Origin: Cyanophora paradoxa CCMP329
Lineage: Eukaryota; Plantae; Glaucophyta
NCBI GenBank assembly: GCA_004431415.1
Contig: QPMI01000177.1
Span: 1 to 64,000, forward strand
Direction: 5' to 3'
Length of the DNA stretch: 64,000 bases
Both the position numbers and the translations under genes were made by a program. Within the stretch, counting starts at the first letter, position 1. Each line of letters begins with the position of its first letter. The notes below the pieces were generated by a model. That model ran no database searches, had not been told where the DNA came from, and worked only from the letters and a program-made list of their open reading frames with translations. Below, one piece after another: positions 61,299-64,000 of the stretch.

Positions 61299-63644
61299 AT
61301 CATGAGGGCTGCAGCTGGAGAGGCGCTTCGAATTCTGCATCGTCTCTGCGGAAGCACAAAGAGAAGAAGCACCCTCCAGGTGGATTCTATTTTCATGCAC
61401 ATGTGGATTCGCGGTTCACTGGCTGAATTGTCGATATCACCGGTCAGATATCGCTCCTTGGGACGCACTGCCAGCTCTTACTACGACGTGGAAGAAGGCG
61501 TGGCCGCGAAACAGCACTTTTTGGACGTGCGCCTGCTGCGCCGAATATCGGCCTGCCGCGGACTTCCCCAAGTGCCCCTTGTTTCCCGCGTCGCTCGAGA
61601 TCTTTACTCCGCTCTGGGTCTACAAGTGAGCCCTCCGAACGTGTTTTACATTTCCACTGTGCAGCACTTATCTGGGTGCAGGGAGGATGTTGAGGCTCCC
61701 CCGCCGTGGCAGAAAGAGCTCGGGATTGAAAAACGCGAGGGGTCTCTGCTGCTGCCGCCGGCCTTTCAGCGCGTCACCGGCACGGAAAGCCGGCCGGGCC
61801 TCCATCAAATGCTAGCCGTACTCAAAGTCGAAGGCGACTCGGGCACCTTCGTCGAGTCGTGCCCTGGCAAGATCTAGATGTGCAGCTGCAAGGTCGCGTG
61901 CACGAACATTCCGCACTTTCGTCTGTGCCAGCGCTGCATTCCCTCCCTCAAGTCGGGCAACATGCCTCGAACGGCAGTGGCGTTGTGGGACTTCGGCTAT
62001 CTCCCCGAGGAGCTAAGCAGCCTGAACGAAGCGGAACGAAAGCTCATTGCAATCGTTAGCGGCGAGACCCGCATCCGCACTCACCACCCTTCAGGCCAGC
62101 GCTTCACTCGTGGCAACTGCATCTCATTCTTCAACAAGATCAACGAACTCGTCCTCGTCCTCCCCCGCACGGCTGGGCAGTCCAAAACTGTTTACATTCA
62201 AACTGAGGGTGCACCTGTCACCATCACTCTGAAAGTGCGGCCCTGGCTCATTCGACGCGCTCTCTACTGGCTGAAAAAGGATCGCGGCCCATTGTAATAT
62301 TCACTTTCAGCCGTTTGCAACAGCTGATGACACCATGTGCGCGCGTTTCGCAGAACAATATTCTGCACGTATAAAAACATCGACATCAGCGAGGAGAATT
62401 TGGCGACTTACAATCGCAACGTCATGGTTGTCCCGCAGGCAGGCGATGTTGTGCATACAGCAGACGGGCCTGTCAATTCCTCCGAAATACTTGAGTCTGC
62501 CCGGCATTTGCCGCTTGACGAGGATCCCGAAGACGCCGATGGAGAGCTTGGAGACGACGTGTTGAACACCATGTCGACAGAGCACGTTGGCGTCATCGGC
62601 GACGGGCATCCAGAAACCGCCAATGAAGCCGTCAAGCGAATGATCAACAGGAGCCTTCGTGCAAGGGATCAGGTGTTTGCTTTTTGTTGCAGATGCAGAC
62701 TCTGCTTTCGCGACGTCGACGTTGATGCTGTTTGCGGCGCGCGTAGACTGTTACTGTTCCCCGCAACACGGCTCCTGTCAACGAGTTTGAACACCCGAAT
62801 TTATTCGGGCTCATGTGCCCGTGCTCTCGCAAGACGGCCCTCTTCAGGACCGGCGCCGCTGGCTGCCGCTCACGTGCACCCCCTGGTCGACTTCCGCCCC
62901 GACCCCCTACAGAAGGCCTGGATTGCCTATGTTTACGGCGAGCCCTCTACATGTACAGACAGCACCATCATCTAGCTCGATCTTTTAGCCAGCTGGTCAG
63001 GGTTAGCGGTAGGCCGCGCGAACACAGTTGATGCGCAGCGTTTTTCCGCTCCAGAACAATCTTTCATATACAGTGCGCTGAATCTGGCCTTTCATTCAGG
63101 CTTTTCTTTATTCGGTTTGATCGCAGCGTCTGCTTATCGGGCCTTTTTTGTTTTTTTCAATATTAATCTGTGTTTATCTTTACACTTCAACCTGCCGCGC
63201 GCACTGGGCCGGGGTCGATCTAGATCTGCCCCGTGCATGCTCGTGCCTCATTAGATCCCGATTCCCCCCTTGCACCCCCGGCGCGAGAATCGCGGCCGTG
63301 CCCCTATAAATAGATATAGGACCTGCAGTTGGCGACGCGCGCGCTCGCGCGATCGGTCAAGCGCGCGCGCGCGACTCCTCGCGCGGACGCGGCGAAAGGA
63401 CTCCGAGCCCTAGGAGCCTCGTGAGAGCCTCGGACTCCTCGTGTGACCGTGAGAGCCTCGGAGCCCCCGGGCCCCTTTTTTTCCGCGCGCATGACGGAAT
63501 CTCTTCGAAAATTCGGAATCCGATTTTTAAGCGCGTGCGAGTTACTCCTTCGTCTAGATCTTGCACTATGTTTACGATTACCATTACGAGACGATTATGA
63601 GAGAGAAATTATGAGAGCAAGCTAAAACTTGAAGATACCGATAT

Positions 63645-64000
63645 CTAAATCAATATCGAGAGAACGAAAGCAGCCGCGACGCTGAGGGCCATCCCGAGGA
63701 GTCCCTGAGACGAAAGACGTCGGCTTTAATTCGAATTTCAAAAGTTTGCAATCGAGAGCATATATACTATAGCTTTGATACTATAGTGTCAAAAATGTAA
63801 TCGAAGTGCGCTCACCATGGCGGAGGTTGGACGCATCGACGCTGCAGCATTCACCCAGTAGGGAACGGCGCTGACAGAACCAACAGGGGTCCACCGGAAA
63901 GCCTGCGAAATATTGGTCAAGGAAAACGGCAATAGAATCTCGACAAGCGCGAGCGCACGTTCGCGAAAACGATGGGAGCGAACGGCTGTTGGCCGGGAGC
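63645..64000 (-). CDS. 3' end (last three exons) of a gene entering from the right, with a GPI-signal-like C-terminus
   Basis: Spliced APGQQPFAPIVFAN|AFRWTPVGSVSAVPYWVNAAASMRPTSAM|GLLGMALSVAAAFVLSILI* through GT-AG introns. Confidence 0.6.

Larger units (their letters stand above)
60570..63307 (+). mobile_element. Internally deleted Helentron/Helitron remnant with C2H2 zinc-finger and DUF6570-like pseudogene
   Basis: YPCRQCSTVCPSAPSLRQHEAAH; LPEELSSLNEAERKLIA..GQRFTRGNCISF..LPR..KVRPWLIRRALYWLKKNNILYKNIDI; PVNEFEHPNLFGLMCP; frameshifts and a stop. 62820-63307 is homologous to 50945-51420, including the subTIR at 63262-63274 and the 3' hairpin. The left boundary is approximate. Confidence 0.8.

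Noticed and set aside
63678-63725. Possible hammerhead ribozyme (CTGA...GAAA)
   Set aside because: No CTGANGA core or stem II, and the region is a coding exon and acceptor on the minus strand
1-64000. Hundreds of long Arg/Pro/Gly-rich ORFs in the ORF track
   Set aside because: They are antisense, off-frame or intron-readthrough products of very high GC content; conserved motifs appear only after splicing
35-64000. Stop-codon reassignment
   Set aside because: TAA, TAG and TGA all terminate genes here, and I saw no in-frame stops in the conserved exons of intact genes

Overview
GC-rich, extremely intron-dense eukaryotic nuclear DNA. It has many ~50-90 nt C-rich introns, about 40% GC-AG donors in the one gene counted, and exons as short as 6 nt. 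This style suggests a glaucophyte-like alga such as Cyanophora (inference only). Most raw ORFs are antisense or intron-readthrough artefacts, so I spliced the genes by eye. Genes in order: a PPR-array + ~6-RRM protein (-); an adenylyl-cyclase-like 2x6TM protein with no cyclase domain (+); a GPI-like surface protein (-); an acyltransferase-3 (+); a PAQR/AdipoR protein (-); a second surface protein (+); a SAMHD1-like dNTPase (+); COQ8 (+); a split-F-box/LRR gene (-); a 12.6-kb beta-helix/EGF/multi-TM receptor-like gene (+); a second split-F-box gene (-); a RING-pseudokinase-FxFG-Nup98(peptidase S59-like) fusion (-); a truncated third F-box gene (+); and the 3' end of another surface protein (-). 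Mobile DNA includes a cluster of mariner and hAT MITEs with matching excision footprints, a MULE-like family, two related Helentron/Helitron-type elements both associated with F-box genes, and a 93-bp structured-RNA-like insertion with a 17-bp TSD. The most novel candidates are the RING-pseudokinase-nucleoporin fusion, the structured small-RNA insertion, the hybrid Helitron termini, the PPR-RRM fusion and a pervasive palindrome-forming micro-insertion process.
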